From an uncultured Bacilli bacterium (lineage in GTDB: Bacteria; Bacillota_I; Bacilli_A; RF39; UBA660), in assembly GCA_963931305.1 (NCBI GenBank), contig OZ006994.1, positions 282,955 to 346,954 on the forward strand: DNA of 64,000 nucleotides. Direction: 5' to 3'. Position 1 is the stretch's first letter. Each line of letters opens with the position of its first letter. The notes under the pieces are model-generated. The model worked only from the letters and a program-made list of their open reading frames with translations, made no database searches and was not told the origin of the DNA. Below, in pieces: positions 10,191-19,656 of this stretch. The translations under genes and the position numbers were made by a program.

Positions 10191-11390
10191 ATGGAAAAGA
10201 CAGATATTATTAAAAGTATCAGCAACCGTACAGGTGGTGATATTTACTTAGGAGTAGTAGGGGCAGTACGTACAGGAAAGTCTACTTTTATCAAAAAAGT
10301 GATTGAAACTTTAGTTGTCCCTAACATCGAAGATGAATATGAAAAGAAAAGAGCACTCGATGAGATTCCACAAAGTGCTCAAGGTAAGACAATTATGACA
10401 ACAGAGCCAAAGTTTGTACCGAGTCAAGCAGCTACCATTCATATTGATGAAGTAGAAGCTAAAATTAGACTTGTTGACTGTGTAGGGTATGTCATTCCGA
10501 ATGCCAAAGGTTATGAGGATGAGAATGGTCCTAGAATGGTAAAAACACCATGGTATGATGAACAAATACCATTTGTGGAAGCCGCAGAAATTGGAACAGA
10601 AAAAGTAATTAAAGATCATTCTACAATTGGGATTGTTGTAACAACTGATGGTTCGATTGGAGAATTAACTAGAAATGATTATATAGAAGCAGAAGAAAGA
10701 GTTGTCTCTGAATTAAAAGAAATGGGAAAACCTTTTATTATTATTTTAAACTCTACCCATCCAATGTTACCAGAAACAGAGCGATTGAGTGAAAAACTAA
10801 CAGAAACTTATGAAGTACCTGTACTTCCAATTAGCGTAGAAAATATGACAGAACGAGATATTTATAACATTCTAAGAGAAGCTCTTTATGAATTTCCAGT
10901 CGCAGAAGTAAATATTAATATGCCAGAATGGATTGGATGTTTATCTAAAGATCATTGGTTAAAGAAAATATATGTAGAAAAGATTAGAGAAAGTGTGATT
11001 GACATTGATAAATTAAAAGATGTTGATCAAATTATTACACCATTTCAAGATTGTGAGTATATCTCTCGTGCATACTTATCAGATGTTAATACTGAAACTG
11101 GTGTGATTACTCTTACATTAGATTGCCCGAATGATTTATATGGCACTGTATTAAAAGAAATTATCGGTGTAGATATTACATCAAAATCAGCTCTTTTATC
11201 ACTCTTCCAAGAATATCAAGTAGCAAAAAAAGAATACGATCAAGTAAAAGATGCACTTGCAATGGTAAAACAAACTGGTTATGGAGTTGCGACACCAACA
11301 CTGCAAGATATGAAATTATCAACCCCAGAAATTATTAAACAAGGAAGTCGTTATGGTGTAAAATTAAAAGCAGTAGCTCCCTCAATTCAC
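10191..11390 (+). CDS. spoIVA: Stage IV sporulation protein A, 5' segment (codons 1-400), interrupted by an inserted element. The ORF reads through into the element and ends at 11477 with unrelated residues.
   Basis: MEKTDIIKSISNRTGGDIYLGVVGAVRTGKSTFIKK… (Walker A) and near-colinear similarity to B. subtilis SpoIVA up to …GSRYGVKLKAVAPSIH. Similarity is then lost exactly where SpoIVA continues MIKVDVES. Confidence 0.9.
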
Positions 11391-11499
11391 ATAATATGTA
11401 CAAAAAGGAAGCGTACTCATTTGAGAGACTGCTTCCTTTTCAAAGATATAAGAAACATACTATTACCTACTATGTAGATGTAGATATTTCTTTCATTAA

Positions 11500-11562
11500 C
11501 TATAATCAATTATAACACACTTTCGACTAACTTACACACTTTTTGACTAGGTGTGTGTTTTA
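11500..11562 (+). promoter_or_regulatory. Operator-like repeats upstream of the XRE regulator gene: ACACACTTTCGACTAA … ACACACTTTTTGACTAGGTGTGTGT
   Basis: Direct repeat of ACACACTTT(c/tt)GACTA. The second copy forms a palindrome ACACAC-n-GTGTGT. A TATAAT-like element follows. Confidence 0.35.
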
Positions 11563-11605
11563 TACTATCACTTATATAATTTTTATATAAGGTGGTGGTA
11601 CTACT

Positions 11606-11896
11606 TTGACTTTAAGAAAAGATATAAAAGATATTTTCAAACAAAATTTGAGATACTATCGTTTAAAAAATAAACTAACTCAAGAAGATTTAGCTGTAAA
11701 GTCTGATTTAACTGATAAATATATATCTGATTTAGAAAGAGGAATATTCTCACCAAGTTTAGAAAAATTAGATATGTTAGCAGAAGCTCTTAATATTGAT
11801 ACATATTTATTATTAAAAGATGACCACTCTGAAGAGAAACTACCTAATAGATTAGATATAATTACAAAAACAAGAAAATCGAAAAGAAAGTATTAA
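11606..11896 (+). CDS. XRE-family helix-turn-helix transcriptional regulator
   Basis: …LTQEDLAVKSDLTDKYISDLERG… HTH_3 pattern. RBS AAGGTGGTGG. First gene inside the element. Confidence 0.7.
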   Translation: MTLRKDIKDIFKQNLRYYRLKNKLTQEDLAVKSDLTDKYISDLERGIFSPSLEKLDMLAEALNIDTYLLLKDDHSEEKLPNRLDIITKTRKSKRKY

Positions 11897-12115
11897 CATT
11901 ATCACAATATCATAAAACTTAATATACCTTTGATAATGAGAGTAACATTTTATTAAAAAGTGTTACTTTCTTTCTTTTATTACCCATTTAAAACGTGGTT
12001 AATGTTTTATTAAAGTAATATAAATTATTAACTTTAAAGAAAAAGTGTCCCAAAATGAACGTGAGATACTTTAGAATTGATGTTTTAATAATACTTATAC
12101 TAGTGGTTACTTTAA

Positions 12116-12877
12116 ATGTTAAAACTAATTATAATAGACCCTATATTTCAAGGTAAGGTTGATAGTATGACTATATTTAGAACAGTTAAAGATAATAATT
12201 ATACAGTAATCAGTAATACATATTTAAAAGATGAGAATTTAAGTTTTGGTGCTATTGGACTAATGACAGTATTATTATCTTGTAAAGATGATACAAAGTT
12301 TAGTGTCAGTTTAATCAGTAAAATAAGTCATAAGAGTAATAAAGTGATAACAAAGTATCTTAATGAATTAAAAAGAAACAAGTATATCTATGTAAAAAAG
12401 AAAAACACAAGAGATGGTTTTAAGTATGAGTATTCAATATATGAGTGTAAGGACTTTAACCCTTATTTTCTTAATATTAGCCCAGATACCCAAAACCCAA
12501 CATGGGAAAGCCCACCTATGGAGACGGGTAATACTATAATAAATACTATTAATAAACAAGATAAAATAGATAAAACAAAATTGAACTTGTGTTTTTTAAC
12601 TGAAAGTATTATTGACTCTGACTTTATTAAAGAAAATGATATTAATTTATTAAGTTATAACAACTTTCTATCTAAACTATTAGAAGAAAATAATAATCGA
12701 CTAGTTATTCAAGTTGTAAGGTATGTTGTAAAGAGAATTAAAGATAATGATTATTTAGATGAGAAGTCTAATCCTATTGAAAATCTACTTACTTATTTTA
12801 AGTCATCAGTTATTAATAATTTAGAGTCTATGAAAGTTCGAGCTGATGACTCTCTCTTTGATGACTGGGAAGAATAA
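12116..12877 (+). CDS. Replication initiator / phage replisome-organiser-like winged-helix protein. True start possibly the ATG at 12167.
   Basis: N-terminal wHTH-like segment (…FGAIGLMTVLLS…SLISKISHKSNKVITKYLNELKRNKYIY…) resembling the RepA_N / phage_rep_org_N class. Weak memory-based call. Confidence 0.35.
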   Translation: MLKLIIIDPIFQGKVDSMTIFRTVKDNNYTVISNTYLKDENLSFGAIGLMTVLLSCKDDTKFSVSLISKISHKSNKVITKYLNELKRNKYIYVKKKNTRDGFKYEYSIYECKDFNPYFLNISPDTQNPTWESPPMETGNTIINTINKQDKIDKTKLNLCFLTESIIDSDFIKENDINLLSYNNFLSKLLEENNNRLVIQVVRYVVKRIKDNDYLDEKSNPIENLLTYFKSSVINNLESMKVRADDSLFDDWEE

Positions 12878-13245
12878 CCTCTACTGATAGTAATAATTAA
12901 GAAGAACTTGATAATAAATATAGAATATTTATATATCAATTTTCTTTTTAAGTTACTATCATCTCTTTGTATTTTGGAGTATCGCAGATTAACGAAAGAT
13001 TAAAACTAATAAAATTATATAAGGAATAGTAAAACTAATCCCAGAAGTACTCCAAAATAAACGTAGGATGACTTATGGTAATAGTCTTACTTTACCAATG
13101 ATAAAAGAAAGTGTATTTAATCAACCTCACTAATGGAATTAGAGTTTTTAAATATTATTAGAATAATAATATTTAAGAAAAATTGGTAGTTTACAAACTA
13201 TAAAAACTTGATAATATAACCACTAATAAGAAAGGTGGTGTATTT

Positions 13246-13497
13246 ATGAACGATAAGTCAAATATAATCTTACGAATAGAAAAATTATCTAAACTATCAA
13301 ATGAATTAAAAGATACTGAAGTTTGTAAGGTTATAAAGAAGATATTAGACTTAATTAATGATATTTATATTTTAATTCCACAAAAAAGAATTAATAGGTG
13401 TAAATATTGTAGCGAACTCACAGATAGTCAAGACCCAAATATACTATGTCCTAATTGTATAGAAACATTCGGACATAGTTTTTTTAGTGAATTATAG
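13246..13497 (+). CDS. Small zinc-ribbon protein (CKYC…CPNC)
   Basis: Two CxxC pairs. RBS AAAGGTGGTG. Confidence 0.4.
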   Translation: MNDKSNIILRIEKLSKLSNELKDTEVCKVIKKILDLINDIYILIPQKRINRCKYCSELTDSQDPNILCPNCIETFGHSFFSEL

Positions 13498-13512
13498 AAA
13501 GGAAAATTAAAT

Positions 13513-13800
13513 ATGTTAAATCAAATAATATTTGTAGGAATACTAAAAGAAATGATTATTAAAGATGATTATTACATTATAAAATTAGAAGTACCAAGAC
13601 GTATAAAAGAAAATGATACTAAACGTAGTGATATTATTACTTTAAAAAAATATGGAATTAATCAACTTATGGAAGAACAAATGGAAATAGACGGTATTGT
13701 TGGTGTTAAAGGACATATTGAAACAGATGATAATGAAATAATGACAAACGTAATAGACAAACTTACATTTCTATCATCAAAGAAAAGGAGTAATAAATAA
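13513..13800 (+). CDS. Small OB-fold, SSB-like protein (tentative)
   Basis: Resembles an SSB OB fold: N-terminal IIFVGILKE, a KLEVPRR segment, a GIVGVKGHIE hairpin. Low confidence. Confidence 0.3.
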   Translation: MLNQIIFVGILKEMIIKDDYYIIKLEVPRRIKENDTKRSDIITLKKYGINQLMEEQMEIDGIVGVKGHIETDDNEIMTNVIDKLTFLSSKKRSNK

Positions 13801-14480
13801 TGGGTGTACTTGATATACATTATAAATACGACTATAAAGGTCGCTTACTTTATATGTTGTTACTAAACTATTATAGAAAGTATTACTCTGACAATAAATT
13901 TAATGGTAAAGTAGTTGTCGCTTGTTCTACTACATCAAGACTTATGAAAGACTATGATATTTTTTATAATACTATCAATTTATTAACAGTTAGTGATATT
14001 ATTAAATTAAATAACTTTACTTACTTCTATGATAAACAACTAAAATTACTCTTTAAAAGGTTAAGAGAAAAAAACGTTAGTTATGATAAATTAATCAAAG
14101 GAATTAAAGAAGAATATACTAAAGATAAATCTTTATATTATGATGACCTCTGTGATAACCACCACAACTTACCTAGTGATAAAAATGTTATATTTGTTGA
14201 AGTAAATAATTTAGTTCAAATATATAGTAAATACTTAATTAGAGATATATTTATTCCAGAGAAACAATATGTATCACAACTAGAGAGACAACATGGTGGT
14301 TTATACTTTGTTTTAAGTGAATATGTAGAAGAATTTATTAAGATGATTAATATATTAAAAGCTCACATTAATATACAAGATGATTTTCTTAAATTAAATC
14401 TATTTATTGATACTGATAAAGGTATAGATATAATTGACAAAGTTAACAGTAGAACAAGAGATGAAGAAGATGAGGAATAA
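13800..14480 (+). CDS. Hypothetical protein (226 aa) with acidic C-terminal tail
   Basis: ATGA-type overlap with the upstream gene. No motif recognised. Confidence 0.45.
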   Translation: MGVLDIHYKYDYKGRLLYMLLLNYYRKYYSDNKFNGKVVVACSTTSRLMKDYDIFYNTINLLTVSDIIKLNNFTYFYDKQLKLLFKRLREKNVSYDKLIKGIKEEYTKDKSLYYDDLCDNHHNLPSDKNVIFVEVNNLVQIYSKYLIRDIFIPEKQYVSQLERQHGGLYFVLSEYVEEFIKMINILKAHINIQDDFLKLNLFIDTDKGIDIIDKVNSRTRDEEDEE

Positions 14481-14481
14481 T

Positions 14482-14898
14482 ATGTTCGCAGATGAATTAA
14501 TTAATAAATTTTTAGATAGTGAAACTTATAAAGAATATGACAAGATTTACAAAGATAAAAACTATGTTGACCCACAACTATTAAAACAATTATTACTAGA
14601 ACACCACGACTTATATGAATTATTTTTAAAAGCGAATATCATTTTATATAAGTATGAGACCAAAGGATTAAAGAAAAGTTTTAACGACTGTTATTATCAT
14701 AATGAAAAGAGATTATTTTTAGAAGATGTATATAATGTTTTACTATATTACTACTCTCACTACTCTAGGTGTCAGACTGTTTTAAAAAAGATGATACAAT
14801 TAAAACTTGTACCAATGAGTGAAAGAAAAATATTAAAACTTATTCTTAATAGAGATATAAGTAAAGAGCTTATTCCACTTAACTTGACACAACTATAA
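14482..14898 (+). CDS. Hypothetical protein (138 aa). Start moved to the ATG at 14482, which has a GAGGAA RBS.
   Basis: The track ORF start at 14434 lies inside the upstream gene. The ATG just after that gene's stop has a good RBS. Confidence 0.4.
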   Translation: MFADELINKFLDSETYKEYDKIYKDKNYVDPQLLKQLLLEHHDLYELFLKANIILYKYETKGLKKSFNDCYYHNEKRLFLEDVYNVLLYYYSHYSRCQTVLKKMIQLKLVPMSERKILKLILNRDISKELIPLNLTQL

Positions 14899-14989
14899 TA
14901 TTAACAGTTTGAGAAAATGAAATTTTATGCTATACTATTGATAGAGTAAAGTAGAAGTCATACAGTTGGTAAATTGTGAGAGGTGTAGT

Positions 14990-16081
14990 ATGGAAAATGT
15001 AATAATGATAGTCCTAATAACAGTAATTTTAATAGGAACATCAATATTTCTTGAAAAGATTTTTAACAAACCAAGAGAAAAGTATAATTGGGATAAGCCA
15101 CCAAAGTTTTACTTTTATATCAGTATGTTTATACCTATTGTTGGTTTTATTATGTGGTGTGTATTTGTTAATCATAAACCTAATTCGGCAAAGTCAGCCG
15201 GAAGTGGTGCATTATGTAATATACTTTTATCAATTATAATTGTATTAAGTGCTTGGTTAATTAATTATTCTGTTTCGTTCGTAAACAATAATATTTTAGT
15301 TGAAGAATATACCAATACATACAATATTCATTTAAATACAGAAATGTCTGATAATTTAGATAAATATGATTTTGAAATGACAGTTACTTATACTGGAAAT
15401 AAAGAATATTTAGATAGATTTAAAGAAATGTATGAAGATGAAATATTCCCAAATAATCAATTAAATATAGATTTTGATGACATAGAAGAAACAAATAACA
15501 ACACCTATGATTTAATTCCATATATTGAAAATTATATTGATGAATTTTTTAATAACTATATAACTATGTATAAAAGTGCAGACGCTTATTCATCATTAGA
15601 ATATATAAAATATAAAATTAAAGAAAAAGAAATCATTGTTAAAGAATTAGTATTAGATGATGAAGAAATTTTGTTAAATTATGCAGTAGATAGTTTTAAC
15701 GATTATAATGGAGTAAAATTAAAAGTCGGAGATAAAGTGGATGTTTATTTTATAGATGAAGAAAATAAAGTGTTTTTTAAAATTATAAATAATAGTACAC
15801 TATTGAGTATTAAAAATGCTAGTGGAGAAAACATAACTAGTGGAATACCATCTATGTTTATCTTAACTGTAAAAGACAGTTACATAATAGATTTCATAAA
15901 TGCTTTCACATATAATTCATCAAGTAATAGATTTAGAACAGTTATTATTAAGCATGGCTCTACATTTTCATTAAATAATTATGAAGAATTAGAAAGTATT
16001 GATGATTATAATGATATGAGATTAAATAGTAATGAAGTTCCAACTGAAACTTTCGGTATAATTGGAGAGGTGCAAGAATGA
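14990..16081 (+). CDS. Membrane protein (363 aa): N-terminal 3 TM carrying the conserved FIPIVGFIMWC-VN-KP--AK-AG module, plus a soluble C-terminal domain
   Basis: Start moved to ATG 14990, which has a GAGAGGTG RBS. The module is shared with the C-terminus of the next gene. Confidence 0.5.
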   Translation: MENVIMIVLITVILIGTSIFLEKIFNKPREKYNWDKPPKFYFYISMFIPIVGFIMWCVFVNHKPNSAKSAGSGALCNILLSIIIVLSAWLINYSVSFVNNNILVEEYTNTYNIHLNTEMSDNLDKYDFEMTVTYTGNKEYLDRFKEMYEDEIFPNNQLNIDFDDIEETNNNTYDLIPYIENYIDEFFNNYITMYKSADAYSSLEYIKYKIKEKEIIVKELVLDDEEILLNYAVDSFNDYNGVKLKVGDKVDVYFIDEENKVFFKIINNSTLLSIKNASGENITSGIPSMFILTVKDSYIIDFINAFTYNSSSNRFRTVIIKHGSTFSLNNYEELESIDDYNDMRLNSNEVPTETFGIIGEVQE

Positions 16082-16569
16082 GTGATGCTTTATTTGAAGA
16101 AATAAATGATTTTAATGAAATAATTGTCAAACAAGACTTTATTAAAATAACAAAAAGTAATGATACTAAAGTTTATTATTTTAGTAAAATAGATTATAGC
16201 AGAAGCTTTAAAACAAATCTTAATGGCGACTATGTTGAAGTTAATATTTATGTTGATAATCAAGATGTCCTATTCATGATAAGAAAAGAAAATTTCTTGA
16301 AATTTAAAGAGATAATTACACCAATAAAAAGAGGTTATGAAAATACAGACTTTACTATTAATGAACAACATGAGTTATATAACCCAAGAGAAGATGACAA
16401 CCCTTCTCCTATTTATGTTATTGTTGGCTTCTTTATTCCAATATGTGGTTTTATTATGTGGTGTATATTAGTTAATACAAAACCAAAAACAGCTAAAATG
16501 GCTGGAATAGCTGGTATAATTGGTTTTATCATTAATTTTATAATATTTATTTATATCTTAACGAATTAA
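16078..16569 (+). CDS. Membrane protein (163 aa): soluble N-terminal domain plus a C-terminal paralogous FIPICGFIMWCILVNTKPKTAKMAG TM module
   Basis: ATGA overlap with the upstream gene. The ~45-aa module is duplicated in the two adjacent genes. Confidence 0.5.
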   Translation: MSDALFEEINDFNEIIVKQDFIKITKSNDTKVYYFSKIDYSRSFKTNLNGDYVEVNIYVDNQDVLFMIRKENFLKFKEIITPIKRGYENTDFTINEQHELYNPREDDNPSPIYVIVGFFIPICGFIMWCILVNTKPKTAKMAGIAGIIGFIINFIIFIYILTN

Positions 16570-16584
16570 AAGGAGTTAATAGTA

Positions 16585-17511
16585 ATGGAAGTATTAAAAA
16601 CTAAACGAGGAGTAATAATTATTATAGGCTTTATTATTGCAGTTATATGTCTTACCATAGGTATGATTTTGTTATTTAATCAAGATAACATAGTGGAAGA
16701 AGTAAAAGAACAAAATAATAATATTAAAGATGAAATTAAAGATGAAGATGATAAAAAAACAGAAGTTGATGATAATAATTCACAGAAAAACAATACAGAA
16801 GATAATAATAATAATAACTTAAACACAGATGAACAACAACAAACCCAAGAAGATAATAAAACTAATAATAATGATAATAATAGTAGCACTAGTACTAATA
16901 ACAATAGTAATAATTCTAGTAATACTCAAAAAACGACTACTAAAAATATAAATGTTGATGAGACTATTAGTTATAGTACTCAAGAGGTACAAGAAGTTAA
17001 TTTGCCAAGAGGTCAAAGACAGACTTCACAAGTAGGTAAAAATGGTATTAAAAGAATTACTTATAAAGTTACTTATAATTCAAATGGTACAGAAATATCA
17101 AGAACTAAAGTGTCAGAAAGTGTTATATCACAACCTATAAATCAAATAATAAAAATTGGAGTTAGCGATTTTAACTTAAATACATCAAAGTTAGAAAATG
17201 AAGTGTATAGTATGGATGCCTGTACTTCAAATCAGTTAGTAAATAATGGTGGTTATTACTGTACTGAAAGTAAAAAATTTAGTGGTATTTTTATAAATGG
17301 TACACTATATATAACTGGGATTTATAATCAAACTAGTATTAGTAACATAAGACCATTAATAGCTTTAAAGCCATCACTTTCTGGTGATATATACAATGGA
17401 AATTATAACGGAGCAAATTATTATTTCTTGATATCAAGCGGTAATTATGTTAATAGAGCTTTAACTCAAAGCGACTGTGATAAATATGGTTTGGCTTGTG
17501 GTAGATGGTAA
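16585..17511 (+). CDS. Membrane-anchored G5-domain protein with an N/D/T/Q-rich low-complexity linker and a Cys-containing C-terminal domain
   Basis: RBS AAGGAG. N-terminal TM. The G5 domain is the segment NVDETISYSTQEVQEVNLPRGQRQTSQVGKNGIKRITYKVTYNSNGTEISR…IKIGV. Four or more Cys in the C-terminal ~100 aa. Confidence 0.5.
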   Translation: MEVLKTKRGVIIIIGFIIAVICLTIGMILLFNQDNIVEEVKEQNNNIKDEIKDEDDKKTEVDDNNSQKNNTEDNNNNNLNTDEQQQTQEDNKTNNNDNNSSTSTNNNSNNSSNTQKTTTKNINVDETISYSTQEVQEVNLPRGQRQTSQVGKNGIKRITYKVTYNSNGTEISRTKVSESVISQPINQIIKIGVSDFNLNTSKLENEVYSMDACTSNQLVNNGGYYCTESKKFSGIFINGTLYITGIYNQTSISNIRPLIALKPSLSGDIYNGNYNGANYYFLISSGNYVNRALTQSDCDKYGLACGRW

Positions 17512-17556
17512 GGTACTAATATAGTACCTTTTCTTAATACATATAAAGAAAGAGAG

Positions 17557-18006
17557 ATGATAAAATATATGGAGACATTAAAAAACAAGAATTTAATTTT
17601 AGTAAATGGAAAAGCTGGAAGTGGTAAATCTACTTTTTTAGTAGATATATCTAATTCTATAAAAGACAAAACAATGTGTTTCATAGATTTAGAAGGTTCT
17701 ACTATTAGTAGATTAAAATTAAGTGATAACATAGATGTATATCTCAAACGTATAGATGACTTCTCAATAATAGATAAAATAGTTAATGATTATGATATTA
17801 TTATAATAGATTATCTTCAATTACTATCACGTTCATTAAATAAAAAATCCACTACCTTACTCGAGCAATTAAAAGAGTTAGCTGTTAATTTAAATAAAGT
17901 TATTATAGTAAGTTATTGTGAAAGTTCATATACTATTGATAAAAGTATAGATAAATGTAAAGAATATGCAGATTTAATTATAACTATAGAAAAGGCTGAA
18001 CAATGA
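17557..18006 (+). CDS. Mini RecA-fold ATPase resembling the DnaB helicase C-terminal domain (149 aa)
   Basis: Walker A NGKAGSGKSTF. IIIIDYLQLL matches the DnaB (V/I)IDYLQL(M/I) motif. Too short to be a full helicase. Confidence 0.45.
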   Translation: MIKYMETLKNKNLILVNGKAGSGKSTFLVDISNSIKDKTMCFIDLEGSTISRLKLSDNIDVYLKRIDDFSIIDKIVNDYDIIIIDYLQLLSRSLNKKSTTLLEQLKELAVNLNKVIIVSYCESSYTIDKSIDKCKEYADLIITIEKAEQ

Positions 18007-18224
18007 ACTATATAGAATTATATTGTAAAACAGTAATACAACCATTAGAGAAGATGAGAAATCAAATTTTAGATAAATATTACTCATCCATTTTCTTTAA
18101 GTCAAAATATAAATTACTATTAGATAAAATTGATGAAGAGTTAATGAATAAGTACAATAAGTTTAATGATATGATAGAAGAAGAAACAAAATTTCAAGAA
18201 TTATTAAAAGACAGTGTTAAGTAG
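18003..18224 (+). CDS. Small hypothetical protein (73 aa)
   Basis: ATGA overlap with the upstream ATPase gene. Confidence 0.35.
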   Translation: MNYIELYCKTVIQPLEKMRNQILDKYYSSIFFKSKYKLLLDKIDEELMNKYNKFNDMIEEETKFQELLKDSVK

Positions 18225-18311
18225 CACTGTTTTATTTTTACACTCTTTTTATATATGATAATGAACGACTTTTTATCAAAGTACATAAAAGTTAACGAAA
18301 GGACTGATACT

Positions 18312-18596
18312 ATGGTTACAGAACTAATACGATTAAAAGATGTGGCTAACAGACTTAATTTATCAACAGCGACACTTCGTAAGTATATACATAATGGAAA
18401 GCTAAAGGCTATAAAAGTTGGTGGTAATTATATGGTTAATACTAATGATTATGATGAGTTTGTCTTTAACTTATATGTTGAAAGTTTAGGATTAAATCCA
18501 ACTAAAGTAAAAGAATATTTAGAAAACGAAGCAAAGGAAGAATTAGAGCAAGAGTTAAATAAACTGATGAAACAAGTTGGTCTAATAAAAGATTAA
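18312..18596 (+). CDS. xis: Excisionase-family (MerR-like) HTH DNA-binding protein, candidate Xis
   Basis: LIRLKDVANRLNLSTATLRKYIHNGKLKAIKVGGNYMV is an excisionase-family HTH signature. Sits immediately upstream of the tyrosine integrase. Start moved to ATG 18312. Confidence 0.55.
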   Translation: MVTELIRLKDVANRLNLSTATLRKYIHNGKLKAIKVGGNYMVNTNDYDEFVFNLYVESLGLNPTKVKEYLENEAKEELEQELNKLMKQVGLIKD

Positions 18597-18652
18597 TTGT
18601 ACTTTGTTAAAACTCTGTATTAAAATATTAATTATTTAGAAATGAGGTAATT

Positions 18653-19615
18653 ATGAGTAATATTATTAGCATTGATAGTAAAGAGTTAATTAATATCAAT
18701 TCAAATCAAGATATAATAGACAAATGGTTAAAGTTTGCCGACGTTAGTAATAACACTAAACAAGCATATAAAAAAGGAGTTTATACTTTTATAGAGTTTA
18801 TTACTAATAAAAATATAAACACTATTACTAGAGAAATAGTATTAGATTTTAAAAATGAAATTATGTCTAAAAATTCTAATGCAACAGCTTATAACTATTT
18901 AAGTGGGTTAAAAAGTTTTTACAAATTTTTAGACTATGAAAATATTACACAAGATATAACTAGAAATATAAAATTACCAAAAATACCAAAAGGACATAAA
19001 AAAGACTCTCTAACTATTGAACAATTAAGGAGTCTTTTATCGTCTTTATCTAATGATACATTACTAAACTCAAGAGATTATTGTATTATTAATCTCATGA
19101 TAAGAACAGGTTTGCGTTCATGTGAAGTATTAGAAGCCAATGTTGGTGATATACAAACAAAAGATGGAAAGAAAATCTTATACATTAAAGGAAAAGGTCA
19201 TACTGAAAAAGATGATTTTGTCGTATTAGAATATGATATGCTTAACATAATTGATAATTACTTAAATAAAAGAAAAAATGTAATTGATAAATCTCCTCTA
19301 TTTATTAGTCTTAACCATAACACTTATGGCGAAAGATTAAAACCTTCTAGTTTTAGAAAAATAATTAAAAACAGGTTAAGGGATGCTGGTATAGATAGTC
19401 CTAGAATATCAGCACACTCTTTAAGACATACAGCAGTAACTTTTTCATTATTAGGTGGAGCCTCTATTCAAGAAGCAAAAGACATGGCTAGACATACAGA
19501 CGTAAATACAACATTAAATTATGCTCATAATCTTACAAGATTAAATGAAAGTCCAGAGTCTAAAATCGAACACTTCTTAAGAGAAAATATAACGCCAAAT
19601 GACTTTAAAAATTAA
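18653..19615 (+). CDS. int: Tyrosine recombinase / phage-type integrase
   Basis: N-terminal SAM-like domain. Catalytic-domain motifs …LMIRTGLRSCEVLEANVGD…, HSLRHTAVTFSLLGG, and …NYAH… with the Tyr nearby. RBS GAGGT. Confidence 0.8.
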   Translation: MSNIISIDSKELININSNQDIIDKWLKFADVSNNTKQAYKKGVYTFIEFITNKNINTITREIVLDFKNEIMSKNSNATAYNYLSGLKSFYKFLDYENITQDITRNIKLPKIPKGHKKDSLTIEQLRSLLSSLSNDTLLNSRDYCIINLMIRTGLRSCEVLEANVGDIQTKDGKKILYIKGKGHTEKDDFVVLEYDMLNIIDNYLNKRKNVIDKSPLFISLNHNTYGERLKPSSFRKIIKNRLRDAGIDSPRISAHSLRHTAVTFSLLGGASIQEAKDMARHTDVNTTLNYAHNLTRLNESPESKIEHFLRENITPNDFKN

Positions 19616-19618
19616 TGT

Positions 19619-19650
19619 TTGGTATCTATAATTATTATTACAGATACCAA
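19619..19650. repeat. Perfect 9-bp inverted repeat TTGGTATCT-n13-AGATACCAA immediately 3' of int, between convergent genes
   Basis: Seen directly. Not followed by a T-run in either orientation, so it is not a canonical terminator. Candidate att/arm-type or end-of-module site. Confidence 0.4.
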
Positions 19651-19656
19651 AAAAGA

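Noticed and set aside
10311-10619. Antisense ORF within spoIVA
   Set aside because: spoIVA homology on the plus strand is unambiguous.
16680-17016. Two antisense ORFs (Leu/Ser-rich and Ile-rich) opposite the G5 protein's low-complexity linker
   Set aside because: They derive from AT/GAT-rich simple sequence in the linker region and are not genes.
17466-17747. Minus-strand 93-aa ORF overlapping the DnaB-C-like gene start
   Set aside because: It overlaps two plus-strand genes in a uniformly plus-strand operon and has no RBS.
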